NCBI GenBank assembly: GCA_965140445.1
Contig: OZ223236.1
Span: forward strand, 4,544,001-4,608,000
Direction: 5' to 3'
Length of the DNA stretch: 64,000 nucleotides
Source of the DNA: Candidatus Ozemobacteraceae bacterium
Lineage (GTDB): Bacteria > Muiribacteriota > Ozemobacteria > Ozemobacterales > Ozemobacteraceae
Below the pieces are notes generated by a model. It was not told where the DNA came from and ran no database searches. It worked only from the letters and a program-made list of their open reading frames with translations. Both the position numbers and the translations under genes were made by a program. Position 1 is the stretch's first letter. Each line of letters opens with the position of its first letter. Shown here piece by piece: positions 49,162-58,758 of the stretch.

Positions 49162-50071
49162 AGATTCCAACAATTCAGAATTAATTCTGGTTTCTAAGGA
49201 CATGCTAGTTTATGCGGTTCTGGGAATTACTTTACTAACCTTCCTGCTCATGAGCTCTTTCTTTTACATAGATTTTGACTCCATCCTTGGGCAAGGAGAT
49301 CTAGCCCTGAAAATTGGCAGCACAGCGATTCGAATGGATGAATTCAAAAATATAAAAAAAATATCAGGAGTTAGAGCTCAAAAAATGTCTAACGTTGCAT
49401 TTGCTCAAGAGCTATTTGAAATAGTTCTTCTTGCGGAAGGCGCAAGGCAACAAGGACTTGATAAGAATGAAGATTTTAAGGAAGACGTCATTAATTTTGA
49501 CAATGCCTTAAAAAATGCTTCTGACTCAGAAAAAGTTGCGAGAGCAATTTTCTTAATAGAAGAATTGGCAAAACTTTCGGTAGAAAACATAACCAAAAAC
49601 CTGCCACCCATAAATAATAATCAAACAATTTCCCCCCAACCTGCAACGCAAAAGATTCATCTAAGAACAATTCTTGTTCAAAACGCTTCCGAAGCAGAAC
49701 ATATTCTGTCCATGGCATCAACAGGAGTTGAATTTTCCGAGCTTAATGCAAGCTGGTCAAAATCATTGTATTCATCTGTTGGAGGAGACATTGGGTTAAA
49801 AACTTCGAACGATTTTCCTGACGGGGTTTTTGAGAAACTAAAAAACACACCCATTGGATCAACAACTCTAGGGTTTAATGATGAAAACGGATTTCACCTT
49901 TTCCTGGTTAAAGATAAACCACAGCCAAAAGAACTTGCTTCAAAAAACACAAGATTCAGTCAGGAATATGAAAAACAAAGACAGAAATCAATTTCTGAGC
50001 ATCTAATTGAGTTAAGAAACAATCTTAACTGTTACATTCACCCCGATTTGAGTATAAAATGTCAAAATTAA
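49145..50071 (+). CDS. Membrane-anchored parvulin/PpiC (SurA/PrsA-like) foldase
   Basis: TM; LLAEGARQQGLDK; IHLRTILV…F.EL…GGDIG…GFHLF. Confidence 0.78.
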   Translation: MVEKIKDSNNSELILVSKDMLVYAVLGITLLTFLLMSSFFYIDFDSILGQGDLALKIGSTAIRMDEFKNIKKISGVRAQKMSNVAFAQELFEIVLLAEGARQQGLDKNEDFKEDVINFDNALKNASDSEKVARAIFLIEELAKLSVENITKNLPPINNNQTISPQPATQKIHLRTILVQNASEAEHILSMASTGVEFSELNASWSKSLYSSVGGDIGLKTSNDFPDGVFEKLKNTPIGSTTLGFNDENGFHLFLVKDKPQPKELASKNTRFSQEYEKQRQKSISEHLIELRNNLNCYIHPDLSIKCQN

Positions 50072-50101
50072 AAGAAGCTCTGCAAGAACCAAGGAGTAAA
50101 A

Positions 50102-50647
50102 ATGAGTAAAAAATCTAGAAAGCATTATTTGATTCTGCCTTCCTACCAGATAAAGCTGGTTGGATTTATGATTATGGTCATTTTTCTTGGCTCAATTATG
50201 CACGGATTCTTTTTGTACAAAATAACCAGCAAAAATATTGAAGACGGCTTTCTATCTGCACACAATAGATTAAGATCCACATGGGAAATTTTGAAACCAG
50301 CAATAGTTGTTACAAATGGTTTAAGCTTTCTCGTCAGTTCTCTTTTTCTTCTTTTGATTACGGTTTTTCTCTCTCACCGCATTATCGGGCCAATATTTAA
50401 AATTAGTGGGCACATTAAAAAGATTTCTAACGGGAAACTTTTCTTATCCTCACTTCGCCTTAGAAAAGGCGATGAGGGACAGATTCTTTGTGATGCAGTA
50501 AATGAGATGCAAGAGCACTATCGACAGCATTTCATAAAAATTAAAAACTTGCGCAATGATTTGAGTAAATCAGAAGGCCTTGAAAAGCAAAAGGTCTTAA
50601 AAGAATTGGACGAGATTCTTTCTCACATAGAACTGGAAAAGGACTAA
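50102..50647 (+). CDS. Two-TM HAMP-domain protein without output domain
   Basis: RKHYLI…YQ, two TMs, SHRIIGPIFKI…G…LRKGDE…L…N.M. Confidence 0.75.
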   Translation: MSKKSRKHYLILPSYQIKLVGFMIMVIFLGSIMHGFFLYKITSKNIEDGFLSAHNRLRSTWEILKPAIVVTNGLSFLVSSLFLLLITVFLSHRIIGPIFKISGHIKKISNGKLFLSSLRLRKGDEGQILCDAVNEMQEHYRQHFIKIKNLRNDLSKSEGLEKQKVLKELDEILSHIELEKD

Positions 50648-50648
50648 A

Positions 50649-52049
50649 GTGAAAAATAAGGCCAAAAAACTTTTTTTCATAGCTCTAGTAGGGATTTCTT
50701 CGCTAGTAGCAGCAGAAACAGTTAATCATCAAAAGCATGCAGAAGAGGCTGGTTGTGCAACCTGTCATTTCGTCACCCCTGAAACACCATCCGGCTCGGC
50801 AACAGTTCAGGTTGAGCTAATAAAAAGCGCAGGCGAATGGTGCAAATCCTGCCATGACATGGAAGCCATGACCCTTCACCCAACGGGAGTTCTAGCATCA
50901 AATTCTGTTGGACTTCCCCTGGAAGAGGGAAAGTATATGAGCTGTCTGACCTGTCACTCTCCACACAATCCCCCATTGGCATCCGAACCCTGGGCTCCAC
51001 TTTCACTTTCTACAACCAAAGAGGGGCAATTTAAAACTTACATGCTAAATCATAAAAATGACAAAGGCCAACTCTGCCGCAAATGCCATTTAGACGACTC
51101 CACTCAGAGCAGAGCCAGTATGCACAGGCCCCGAGCTTTTTCAAACAGGGAGTATGCTGGCTCACAGTCTTGCAAAACCTGCCATACAGCCATTTTCAAT
51201 CAATGGGAAAAATCTTCCCACGCTAAAATGACCCGAACGCTACAGGAAGTTGAAAAAACAAGTCAAATTCCTGTTGAACAATTGGAATGGCCAAGAGAAA
51301 AGATCCTTTATGTCCTTGGCTCTCATTATGTTCAAAGATTTGTCGCCCAAGCTTCCGGAACGCTGGTGGTTCTCCCTAAGATTTGGGATATTTCTAAAAA
51401 AGAATGGCTGCCCATTAAGGATTACGGTTGGAAAAATCGTCAATGGCTCAAACAGTGCGCTGGATGTCATACGACCGGCTTCTCCTCAGAGAATGATAGT
51501 TTTTCAGAGCTCGGAGTTGCATGCGAAAGTTGTCATGGACCTGGCTTAAATCATTCTAGAACGGGTTCTAAGAGCTTTATCACATCTCTAAAAAATCTTT
51601 CACCAGATCGAAGAGAAATGGTTTGTGAATCATGCCACACATCAGGTCTGGATAATTCAGGGCAATACCACTTTCCTGTTGGATATAAACCAGGAGATGA
51701 TCTCACAAAATTTTATTCAGGCTTAACCCCAAAACCTGGCCAGGACCCGACAAATTTCTCTGGAGATGAGACTTACGAAGACAGAAGAAGGCAATGGGAT
51801 TTCTTGAAATCCAGATTGTTTTTAGCGCAAGGACTAACATGCGACTATTGTCAAAACTTCAGAGATTTTTCTTCAGAAAGCAATTCAGAATTTATGTCAG
51901 TAGATGAATATTGTATGACTTGTCATTCTGATAAAAAAAATCATCCGGAAGAATCTCCTGAAAAAAACTGCATTAGTTGCCACGCACCCACCCTTAATTC
52001 ATCGGGAACAATGTCTATCCACGACCATAAATTTTACTTCAAAAGATAG
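50649..52049 (+). CDS. Exported multihaem cytochrome c (10 CxxCH plus 1 CxxCQ)
   Basis: CATCH, CKSCH, CLTCH, CRKCH, CKTCH, CAGCH, CESCH, CESCH, CMTCH, CISCH; CDYCQ; signal peptide. Confidence 0.93.
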   Translation: MKNKAKKLFFIALVGISSLVAAETVNHQKHAEEAGCATCHFVTPETPSGSATVQVELIKSAGEWCKSCHDMEAMTLHPTGVLASNSVGLPLEEGKYMSCLTCHSPHNPPLASEPWAPLSLSTTKEGQFKTYMLNHKNDKGQLCRKCHLDDSTQSRASMHRPRAFSNREYAGSQSCKTCHTAIFNQWEKSSHAKMTRTLQEVEKTSQIPVEQLEWPREKILYVLGSHYVQRFVAQASGTLVVLPKIWDISKKEWLPIKDYGWKNRQWLKQCAGCHTTGFSSENDSFSELGVACESCHGPGLNHSRTGSKSFITSLKNLSPDRREMVCESCHTSGLDNSGQYHFPVGYKPGDDLTKFYSGLTPKPGQDPTNFSGDETYEDRRRQWDFLKSRLFLAQGLTCDYCQNFRDFSSESNSEFMSVDEYCMTCHSDKKNHPEESPEKNCISCHAPTLNSSGTMSIHDHKFYFKR

Positions 52050-52053
52050 ACAC

Positions 52054-52083
52054 TTGTACTAACTAGAATTGCTGTGATAGTAT
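52054..52083 (+). promoter_or_regulatory. Sigma70 promoter TTGTAC-N18-TAGTAT with TGTG extension, 7 nt before the ATG
   Basis: Read directly; no SD before ATG 52091. Confidence 0.5.
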
Positions 52084-52090
52084 TTTCAAA

Positions 52091-52906
52091 ATGCTATCTC
52101 TTACACTATCCATAAGTCTATTTTATGTCGTTGCAACCTATTTCCGAATACGAGAAAAGGTTGCAGGTTCTACAATGCAGAAGCATTCGACAATCTCTCT
52201 TTCTATAGGCTTAATACTGCAGTGGACACTTTCAATTTACTGCCTGAGAGAATTTTCGGATGAATTTCAAATTAAATTTATTCTTATCATTTCATCGACA
52301 TGTCTTACGACAATTAGTGCTTTAATAGAGATTTTTACTAAAGAAACATATTTTTCTATTTTCACAATACCAGGCGCAATAATATTAATGTTGTGTGCTC
52401 ATTTATCTTTTGTAACTGTTCCAGGAAGCTATTTTGGGCAAACCTGGTTTCGTTTACATTTAATACTGTCGATTACCGGGGAATGTTTTTTCTTTCTGGC
52501 TGCCTTAGCTTCCTTAACATATTTCAGGGTAGTAAAACGTTTGAAAAAGAAAAATAGAATTAAAGATCTTTCGTTTTTCCCTCCACTTAAAAGAATTGAG
52601 GAATTAACCAGAAAGTTTATTCAAGTTGGAACCTTTTTCTTTTTCTTCGGTTTGACTTTGGGCTTTTATGGACAATTCAGCCAGTTTAATTTTTTTGAGC
52701 CGGGACTTAAGCATGTCCTGTCGCTTGTAGTTTTCATCTATTTTGCAATAATTTCAATTTTCAATTCCAAACTAAAACTTGCCGGAAATCGTTTAGCAAC
52801 CCTTGCCATGTTCGGTTTCATTCTGTCTTTAATTTTAATTATATTCCCGGGAAATGCTAACCATTGGGCTCCAAATCAATTATCACAAAAGGAATTAATA
52901 AAATGA
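52091..52906 (+). CDS. HemX/CcsA-like cytochrome c assembly family membrane protein
   Basis: About 8 TMs; WFRLH, FPPL..IE.L; no WWD motif; heads the hem operon. Confidence 0.75.
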   Translation: MLSLTLSISLFYVVATYFRIREKVAGSTMQKHSTISLSIGLILQWTLSIYCLREFSDEFQIKFILIISSTCLTTISALIEIFTKETYFSIFTIPGAIILMLCAHLSFVTVPGSYFGQTWFRLHLILSITGECFFFLAALASLTYFRVVKRLKKKNRIKDLSFFPPLKRIEELTRKFIQVGTFFFFFGLTLGFYGQFSQFNFFEPGLKHVLSLVVFIYFAIISIFNSKLKLAGNRLATLAMFGFILSLILIIFPGNANHWAPNQLSQKELIK

Positions 52907-53520
52907 ATTTAATTCCTGTATTTTTAAATTTAAAGGGCAAAAAAATCCTGATTATTGGCGGAGGCAAAATCGCTTTGCGAAAGGCCAAATATTTTGAAAA
53001 TAGTGAAGCCGATATTACAATTATTTCTCCGGAATTCGATGAAGAATTGCAAAAGAGCAATCACTTGCTGATCAAGAGAAAAGCTTCTGAATCAGATATT
53101 TGCAATGACTTTTCGCTGGTAGTATTGGCTACAAATTCAGAAATAACTAATAAAACCCTGGCTGAAAAAGCAGAATCATTAGGAATATTATTCAATACAG
53201 TTGATCAATCCTTTGAAAATAGATTCAATACCTGCTCCAGGATTGATAAATACCCATTGCATATCGGAATTGTTTCTTCAGGGGCGCCAACTGTTTCACA
53301 AATAGTTAAATCAGAAATTCTTCCATTAATAGATGACAGTATTATTGAATTTGCAAATTTAGCAATTGAAATCCGTCAAAAGCTTAAAAGAAGCACACTT
53401 AATGAAGATGAACGAAAGGCCATTTTTAAAAACTTTTTTTCAGCAAATAAACTATTAGAAGTAAAAAAAACAGGCATCAGCAAACTTAGGGAGGAAATAG
53501 AATCATGCCTCTCCTGTTAA
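52903..53520 (+). CDS. Precorrin-2 dehydrogenase / sirohydrochlorin ferrochelatase (SirC/Met8p/CysG-N type)
   Basis: PVFLNLKGKKILIIGGGKIALRK, LAT, NTVD, SSGAP. Confidence 0.88.
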   Translation: MNLIPVFLNLKGKKILIIGGGKIALRKAKYFENSEADITIISPEFDEELQKSNHLLIKRKASESDICNDFSLVVLATNSEITNKTLAEKAESLGILFNTVDQSFENRFNTCSRIDKYPLHIGIVSSGAPTVSQIVKSEILPLIDDSIIEFANLAIEIRQKLKRSTLNEDERKAIFKNFFSANKLLEVKKTGISKLREEIESCLSC

Positions 53521-54800
53521 TTGGACTAAATCATAAAACAGCCCCAATAGCTGTCAGAGAAAAATTAGCCCAACTCTGCGGGATTCCAATCCCAGAAGTT
53601 GATGGTTTCAACTTAGAAGCAGTGCCCGTTTTCACCTGCAACAGAGTGGAAATTTACTTCTCAGGAAACCCAGAAATAGCCAAGCGAAGCTTTATTTCCC
53701 TATTGCAAACTCAAGATTTAAATTACGATTTGTTTTCAGAACATTTCTATGAGCTAGAGGGAATAGAAGCCGTAAAACATTTATTTGGAGTTGCTGCCGG
53801 ATTGGATTCAATGATTCTTGGTGAAAACCAAATTTTGCATCAGCTTAAAGAATCTTATAAGTATTCCACTGGAGAAAATATAGTAGGAAAACAGCTACAC
53901 ACTTTGTTCCAAAAAGCCCTTGAGGTTGGGAAAAAAGTTAGAAACGAAACAGCTATTTCAGAAAATAAGGTATCCATTGCCTCCGCAGCAGTGGATCTGG
54001 CAAAAAAAATATTCGGCCCACTGAAAAATTCTGTGGCTTTAATTATAGGAGCAGGTGAAATGGCTTCTTTGGTGGCAACTCACCTCAAGGAAAGTGGTAT
54101 TTCTAAGATGTATTTTATAAACAGAACCACGGAAAAAGCCAAAGAATTCGCACAAAAATTTGATGGTTTCTATGCTGAAGCTGAAGAGCTGGAAAAACTT
54201 CTCTCCGTGGCAGACATCTGTATAACTTCTACTGGTGCTCCAGGAACCATTATTAAATTCGAGCAAATGAAAAGGGTAATGAATAGTCGGAATGGAAACC
54301 CGATGTTTGCAATAGACATAGCAGTTCCTAGAGACATCGACGAAGAATGCCAAAATATTCCCTCTTTATTTCTTTACGATGTTGACGACCTCCAAAGCGT
54401 GGTTGACGAAAACCTTAATTGCCGAAAAATAGAAGCAGAAAAAGCCAGAACTATTGTCAATTATGAATCTTCTGAATTTCAACTTACTCAGCAATCCTAC
54501 ACTGTTATTCCTTTAATTAGAGGATTAAGAGAAAGAGCCGAAGAAATCCGACTAAAAGAAGTTGAAAAGTTTTTATCCCAGAACTCATCTCTTGAAGCAG
54601 AAATAGTTGAAAGCTTTATTGCATGCAGTAAAAGTTTAATGGCAAAGCTTATCCATGATCAAATCATAAACCTAAAGAAACAGGGATCAGCTGACAAAAA
54701 GGATCTAAAGCTGATTTCTGAAATACTTGGGCTGGCTTCACAGAAAATTTCTGAAATACCAATAAGAGAATTGGAAAAAAAACAAAGAGAATCAGTATGA
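53505..54800 (+). CDS. hemA: Glutamyl-tRNA reductase
   Basis: GLNHKTAP..VRE, TCNRVE, GLDSMILGENQI, IGAGEM, DIAVPRD. Confidence 0.97.
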   Translation: MPLLLIGLNHKTAPIAVREKLAQLCGIPIPEVDGFNLEAVPVFTCNRVEIYFSGNPEIAKRSFISLLQTQDLNYDLFSEHFYELEGIEAVKHLFGVAAGLDSMILGENQILHQLKESYKYSTGENIVGKQLHTLFQKALEVGKKVRNETAISENKVSIASAAVDLAKKIFGPLKNSVALIIGAGEMASLVATHLKESGISKMYFINRTTEKAKEFAQKFDGFYAEAEELEKLLSVADICITSTGAPGTIIKFEQMKRVMNSRNGNPMFAIDIAVPRDIDEECQNIPSLFLYDVDDLQSVVDENLNCRKIEAEKARTIVNYESSEFQLTQQSYTVIPLIRGLRERAEEIRLKEVEKFLSQNSSLEAEIVESFIACSKSLMAKLIHDQIINLKKQGSADKKDLKLISEILGLASQKISEIPIRELEKKQRESV

Positions 54801-55714
54801 AAATAAAATTTGGCACTCGAGGAAGCAAGCTAGCCCTGCTTCAAACTAGAACAGTTATTAAAGAAATCCTAATTAATCAAGAAATTCAGGCTGAAGAAGT
54901 AATAATAAAAACACTTGGCGACAAAGTTCAAGATGTTCCTCTTTTTAAAGTGGGCGGGCAGGGTCTATTTATTAAAGAAATAGAAAATTCTCTTTTAAAT
55001 GGAAAAATAGACATCGCGGTCCACAGTTTAAAAGATGTGCCACATAAAATAGCAGATGGATTAGCAATTCTAGCTTTTTGTTTGCCAGAAGACCCACGCG
55101 ATGCATTTCTGTCCAACGACTTTGCATCACTGGAAGAATTACCAAACGGCGCAACAGTTGGAACATCAAGTTTACGCCGCCGCGCTCAACTATCAATTAT
55201 CAGGCCAGATTTAAATTTTACTGATTATCGCGGAAACCTTGACACTCGACTAGCAAAGCTGGAAGCAAGAGATGTAGATGCAATTATTTTGGCAGCTGCG
55301 GGTCTAAATCGATCCGATTTACAGGATAAAATAAAAAGTCATTTTCCAATTGATGTTTTAACACCACCTGCCGGGCAAGGCATAGTAGCACTGGAGTGCA
55401 GAAAAACAGACTATGAAAAATTCCTCCCTTTGGTTTCAAAATTGATTTGCCCGGATTCGCAAATTAGAGCAAAATCAGAGCGAGCATTTTTGGAAAAGCT
55501 TCAGGGTGGCTGTCAAACGCCAATGGCTGTATTTGCAGCGGTCAAGGGTGAGAATATAATGCTGGAAACTTTTATAGGAAATCCTGATGGATCAAATGCA
55601 ATAAGAAAGACATTTTATGGACACATTTCAAGCCCAGAAGGCCTGGGCAAACTTGCAGCAGAAAAGCTAATTGAACTTGGAGCAAAAATTTTCATACCAG
55701 GAGCCAACCAGTAA
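54797..55714 (+). CDS. hemC: Hydroxymethylbilane synthase
   Basis: GTRGSKLAL.Q, DIAVHSLKD, GTSSLRR, RGNLDTR, GGCQTP. Confidence 0.97.
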   Translation: MKIKFGTRGSKLALLQTRTVIKEILINQEIQAEEVIIKTLGDKVQDVPLFKVGGQGLFIKEIENSLLNGKIDIAVHSLKDVPHKIADGLAILAFCLPEDPRDAFLSNDFASLEELPNGATVGTSSLRRRAQLSIIRPDLNFTDYRGNLDTRLAKLEARDVDAIILAAAGLNRSDLQDKIKSHFPIDVLTPPAGQGIVALECRKTDYEKFLPLVSKLICPDSQIRAKSERAFLEKLQGGCQTPMAVFAAVKGENIMLETFIGNPDGSNAIRKTFYGHISSPEGLGKLAAEKLIELGAKIFIPGANQ

Positions 55715-55715
55715 A

Positions 55716-57230
55716 ATGAAAGAAACAGGTAAAGTATTTTTAGTCGGCGCCGGGCCGGGACATCCTGGAATGATTACCGTTCGAGGTCTGGAACTTGTAA
55801 AAAATGCTGATGTAATTGTTTACGATCAACTGGGAACTGCTAATTTTATAAAAGAAGCCAAGGAAAGCTGTGAATTAATTGACGTAGGCAAAAGAGCTGG
55901 CAAACATACCCTTCCCCAGGAAGAAATCAATGAGCTTCTTGTAAAAAAAGCCACTGAAGGTCTTAGTGTTGTAAGACTGAAGGGTGGAGATCCAATGGTG
56001 TTTGGTCGAGGCGGTGAAGAACTACAACGACTTCATAAATCGATGATCCCCTTTGAGATAGTTCCAGGAATTACTTCAGCGATCTCAGCTCCTGAATTTG
56101 CAGGCATTCCTGTTACTCATAGAGACTTTACCTCAACTGTAGCATTTATTACCGGTCATGAATCTGCAAAACAAGACTCTTCAATAGACTGGAATGCATT
56201 GAGCAAAATTGGAACCCTGGTATTTTTAATGGGAGTAAAAAATCTCCCCACAATCGTAAAAAAGCTAATAGAAGCTGGGGTTCCAGCCAACAGACCAATT
56301 GCGCTAATACAAAATGGATCGCTTCCAATCCAAAAAACCGTAACAGGAACATTAGAAACAATAGTAAAAGTAGTTGAAGAAGGTGGAATAAAAGCCCCGG
56401 CAATAACAATTGTTGGAGAAGTAGTAAGCTTAAGACCGGTAATGAAATGGTTTGAAGATAAACCTCTTTTCGGAAAAACAATTGTTGTAACGAGATCAAG
56501 GCATCAGGCGAGCGCATTAAGCAAAGAACTCGAAGCCCTTGGTGCAAATGTAATTGAATGTCCTGCCATAAAAATAAAACAGATTAAAAATTCAGATGAG
56601 TTTTCAGAGTTTTTTAAAAACTTTGAAACTTTCAGTCATTTGATTTTTACATCAATAAATGGAGTTGAAGGTTTCATTACCTCACTTCTAGATAGAAAAA
56701 TGGATTTACGCAGTCTATCTGGGAAAAAAATCGTCTGCATAGGGCCTGCAACAGCAGAGGGCTTTAAATCAAGGGGTATAATTCCAGATTTTATTCCAGA
56801 AACCTTTATTGCAGAATCAATTATTCCATTCTTTGAAAACAAACAAAAATTAAATATCGCAATACTTAGAGCAGAAAAAGCAAGAAAGGTTTTACCACAG
56901 GAACTGGAGAAGCTTGGACATGTAGTACAAGTTATAAATGTATATAAGACTGAATTAGAAGCGGCAGCAACTGAATCGTTTATTGCGGCATCAGAAAACG
57001 GCAAAATTGATTTGGTAACTTTTACAAGCTCTTCCACTGTTGACGGATATATAAAAATCCTGGAAGCAAATAATATTGAAAAAAAACAATTCAAGGGCAT
57101 TGCAATTGGACCCATTACGGCAAAAACAGCGGAAGATTATGGAATTGATTTAGCTGCAACCGCAGATGAATATACAGTTCCAGGGCTTGTCGCCAAAATA
57201 CTTGAATATTTTAGGAATAAAAATGATTAA
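55716..57230 (+). CDS. cobA: Fused uroporphyrinogen-III C-methyltransferase / synthase (CobA-HemD)
   Basis: LVGAGPG, RLKGGDP..FGRGGEE, VPGITS; then KPLFGKTIVVTR, FTSINGV, FTSSSTV, IGPITA. Confidence 0.95.
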   Translation: MKETGKVFLVGAGPGHPGMITVRGLELVKNADVIVYDQLGTANFIKEAKESCELIDVGKRAGKHTLPQEEINELLVKKATEGLSVVRLKGGDPMVFGRGGEELQRLHKSMIPFEIVPGITSAISAPEFAGIPVTHRDFTSTVAFITGHESAKQDSSIDWNALSKIGTLVFLMGVKNLPTIVKKLIEAGVPANRPIALIQNGSLPIQKTVTGTLETIVKVVEEGGIKAPAITIVGEVVSLRPVMKWFEDKPLFGKTIVVTRSRHQASALSKELEALGANVIECPAIKIKQIKNSDEFSEFFKNFETFSHLIFTSINGVEGFITSLLDRKMDLRSLSGKKIVCIGPATAEGFKSRGIIPDFIPETFIAESIIPFFENKQKLNIAILRAEKARKVLPQELEKLGHVVQVINVYKTELEAAATESFIAASENGKIDLVTFTSSSTVDGYIKILEANNIEKKQFKGIAIGPITAKTAEDYGIDLAATADEYTVPGLVAKILEYFRNKND

Positions 57231-58431
57231 TATAAGTAGAATTTATGCAGGTCATGAAACAACTGGGGATCCAATTAGATACGGTAAAAAAGGGGCCATA
57301 AATGTAGCCCACAGCCACAAATTTACCGGGCACGGAATACCAAAAACTGCTGGAGAAAGAAGACCTGTTGTCGTATGGAATGTTACAAGGGCATGTAACC
57401 TGAAATGCGTTCATTGCTACACAGATTCAAACTCTTCAAAGGCACCAGACGAGTTAACGCTAGAAGAAGGTAAAAAGCTAATAACAAATTTAGCGGATTT
57501 CAAGATCCCCGCATTACTTTTTTCAGGTGGAGAGCCAATTGTCAGGAAAGACCTTTTCGAACTGGCTGAATTTGCAGTTAAAAGTGGCTTAAGACCTGTT
57601 TTATCTACAAATGGAACTCTAATCACCAAAGAAATTGCCAAAAAACTTAAAGACACTGGTTTTATCTACGTCGGAATTTCTCTTGACGGTATTGGGGCGA
57701 CCAACGACAAATTCAGAGGCGTAGAAGGAGCATTTGAAAAAGCCATGCAAGGCTTCCATAATTGTCGAGAAGTCGAACAGCGAGTAGGACTAAGACTAAC
57801 CCTTACCAAAAGAAACTTTCTTGATCTGGATAAAATTTTTGACTTCATTCTTGAAAACAATATTCCAAGGGCATGTTTCTACCACCTGGTATATTCAGGA
57901 AGAGGCAAGTCTGCAGATGATCTGACCCACGAAGAAACCCGTCAAGCATTGGATGTCATTTGTAAAAGAACCAAAATGGCAATAGATTCAGGAATTGATC
58001 TAGATATTCTTACAGTAGACAACCATGTTGATGGTCCTTACATTTACCTGAAACTTCTAGAAGAAAGCCCAAAACAAGCTGAAGAAGTAAAAAAAATGCT
58101 TGAGTGGAATGGTGGCGGCAGATTTTCGACTGGTGTTGGAATTGGCGACATAGACTGGGCAGGGAATGTGCATCCTGATCAATTCTGGCAAGATGAGAAT
58201 CTTGGCAATGTTAAAGAACGCCCCTTTTCGGAGATTTGGATGGATGAATCCAACCAATTACTCAAAGGCTTAAAGAATCGTCTACCTTTACTAAAAGGCA
58301 AGTGCTCCAAATGCAGATTCCTTAAAATGTGTGGCGGGTCATTAAGAGTAAGGGCTAAAAGAGTTTACGATGACCCGTGGATGCCTGACCCAGCTTGTTA
58401 TCTAACAGAGGAAGAAATTAAAAGTAAATAG
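57223..58431 (+). CDS. ahbC: Radical SAM/SPASM AhbC (NirJ1-like) of the siroheme-dependent haem pathway
   Basis: RPVVVWNVTRACNLKCVHCY, FSGGEP, ACFYHLVYSGRG, LTVDNH.DG, VHPDQFW, DPACYL. Confidence 0.87.
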   Translation: MINISRIYAGHETTGDPIRYGKKGAINVAHSHKFTGHGIPKTAGERRPVVVWNVTRACNLKCVHCYTDSNSSKAPDELTLEEGKKLITNLADFKIPALLFSGGEPIVRKDLFELAEFAVKSGLRPVLSTNGTLITKEIAKKLKDTGFIYVGISLDGIGATNDKFRGVEGAFEKAMQGFHNCREVEQRVGLRLTLTKRNFLDLDKIFDFILENNIPRACFYHLVYSGRGKSADDLTHEETRQALDVICKRTKMAIDSGIDLDILTVDNHVDGPYIYLKLLEESPKQAEEVKKMLEWNGGGRFSTGVGIGDIDWAGNVHPDQFWQDENLGNVKERPFSEIWMDESNQLLKGLKNRLPLLKGKCSKCRFLKMCGGSLRVRAKRVYDDPWMPDPACYLTEEEIKSK

Positions 58432-58434
58432 TGC

Positions 58435-58461
58435 TAAATCCAGTGATTAATATGCCGATAT
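58435..58461 (+). promoter_or_regulatory. Sigma28 (FliA/SigD)-type promoter
   Basis: TAAA-N15-GCCGATAT, 30 nt upstream of ATG 58492. Confidence 0.7.
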
Positions 58462-58491
58462 CTCTATTACCTGAGATATTGAGAGAGAAAA

Positions 58492-58758
58492 ATGAAAATC
58501 GCTGGAATATTTTTACTGTTTATGCTTTTTACAGGCGGCTTTGCTGCTTCTCAAGCACTATTTTATGCTCTGACAGGCAGACTTTACTGGAGAGCTTTTT
58601 GCCCTACTCAAGTCAGGTTTTCGATAAAAACAAAAGATAAAGTTAAATTTGACTCTTTCATGGCTGTTGAAGAGTATTCGGCAGTAATTTTGTTGGGCTC
58701 CTTCCTTTTGTTGCCCATTATCGCGATGAACTCCATAGGATTTGTAAGCTTTTTTTAA
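58492..58758 (+). CDS. Small two-TM hypothetical protein
   Basis: Two hydrophobic segments; purine-rich pre-ATG region; own promoter motif. Confidence 0.65.
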   Translation: MKIAGIFLLFMLFTGGFAASQALFYALTGRLYWRAFCPTQVRFSIKTKDKVKFDSFMAVEEYSAVILLGSFLLLPIIAMNSIGFVSFF

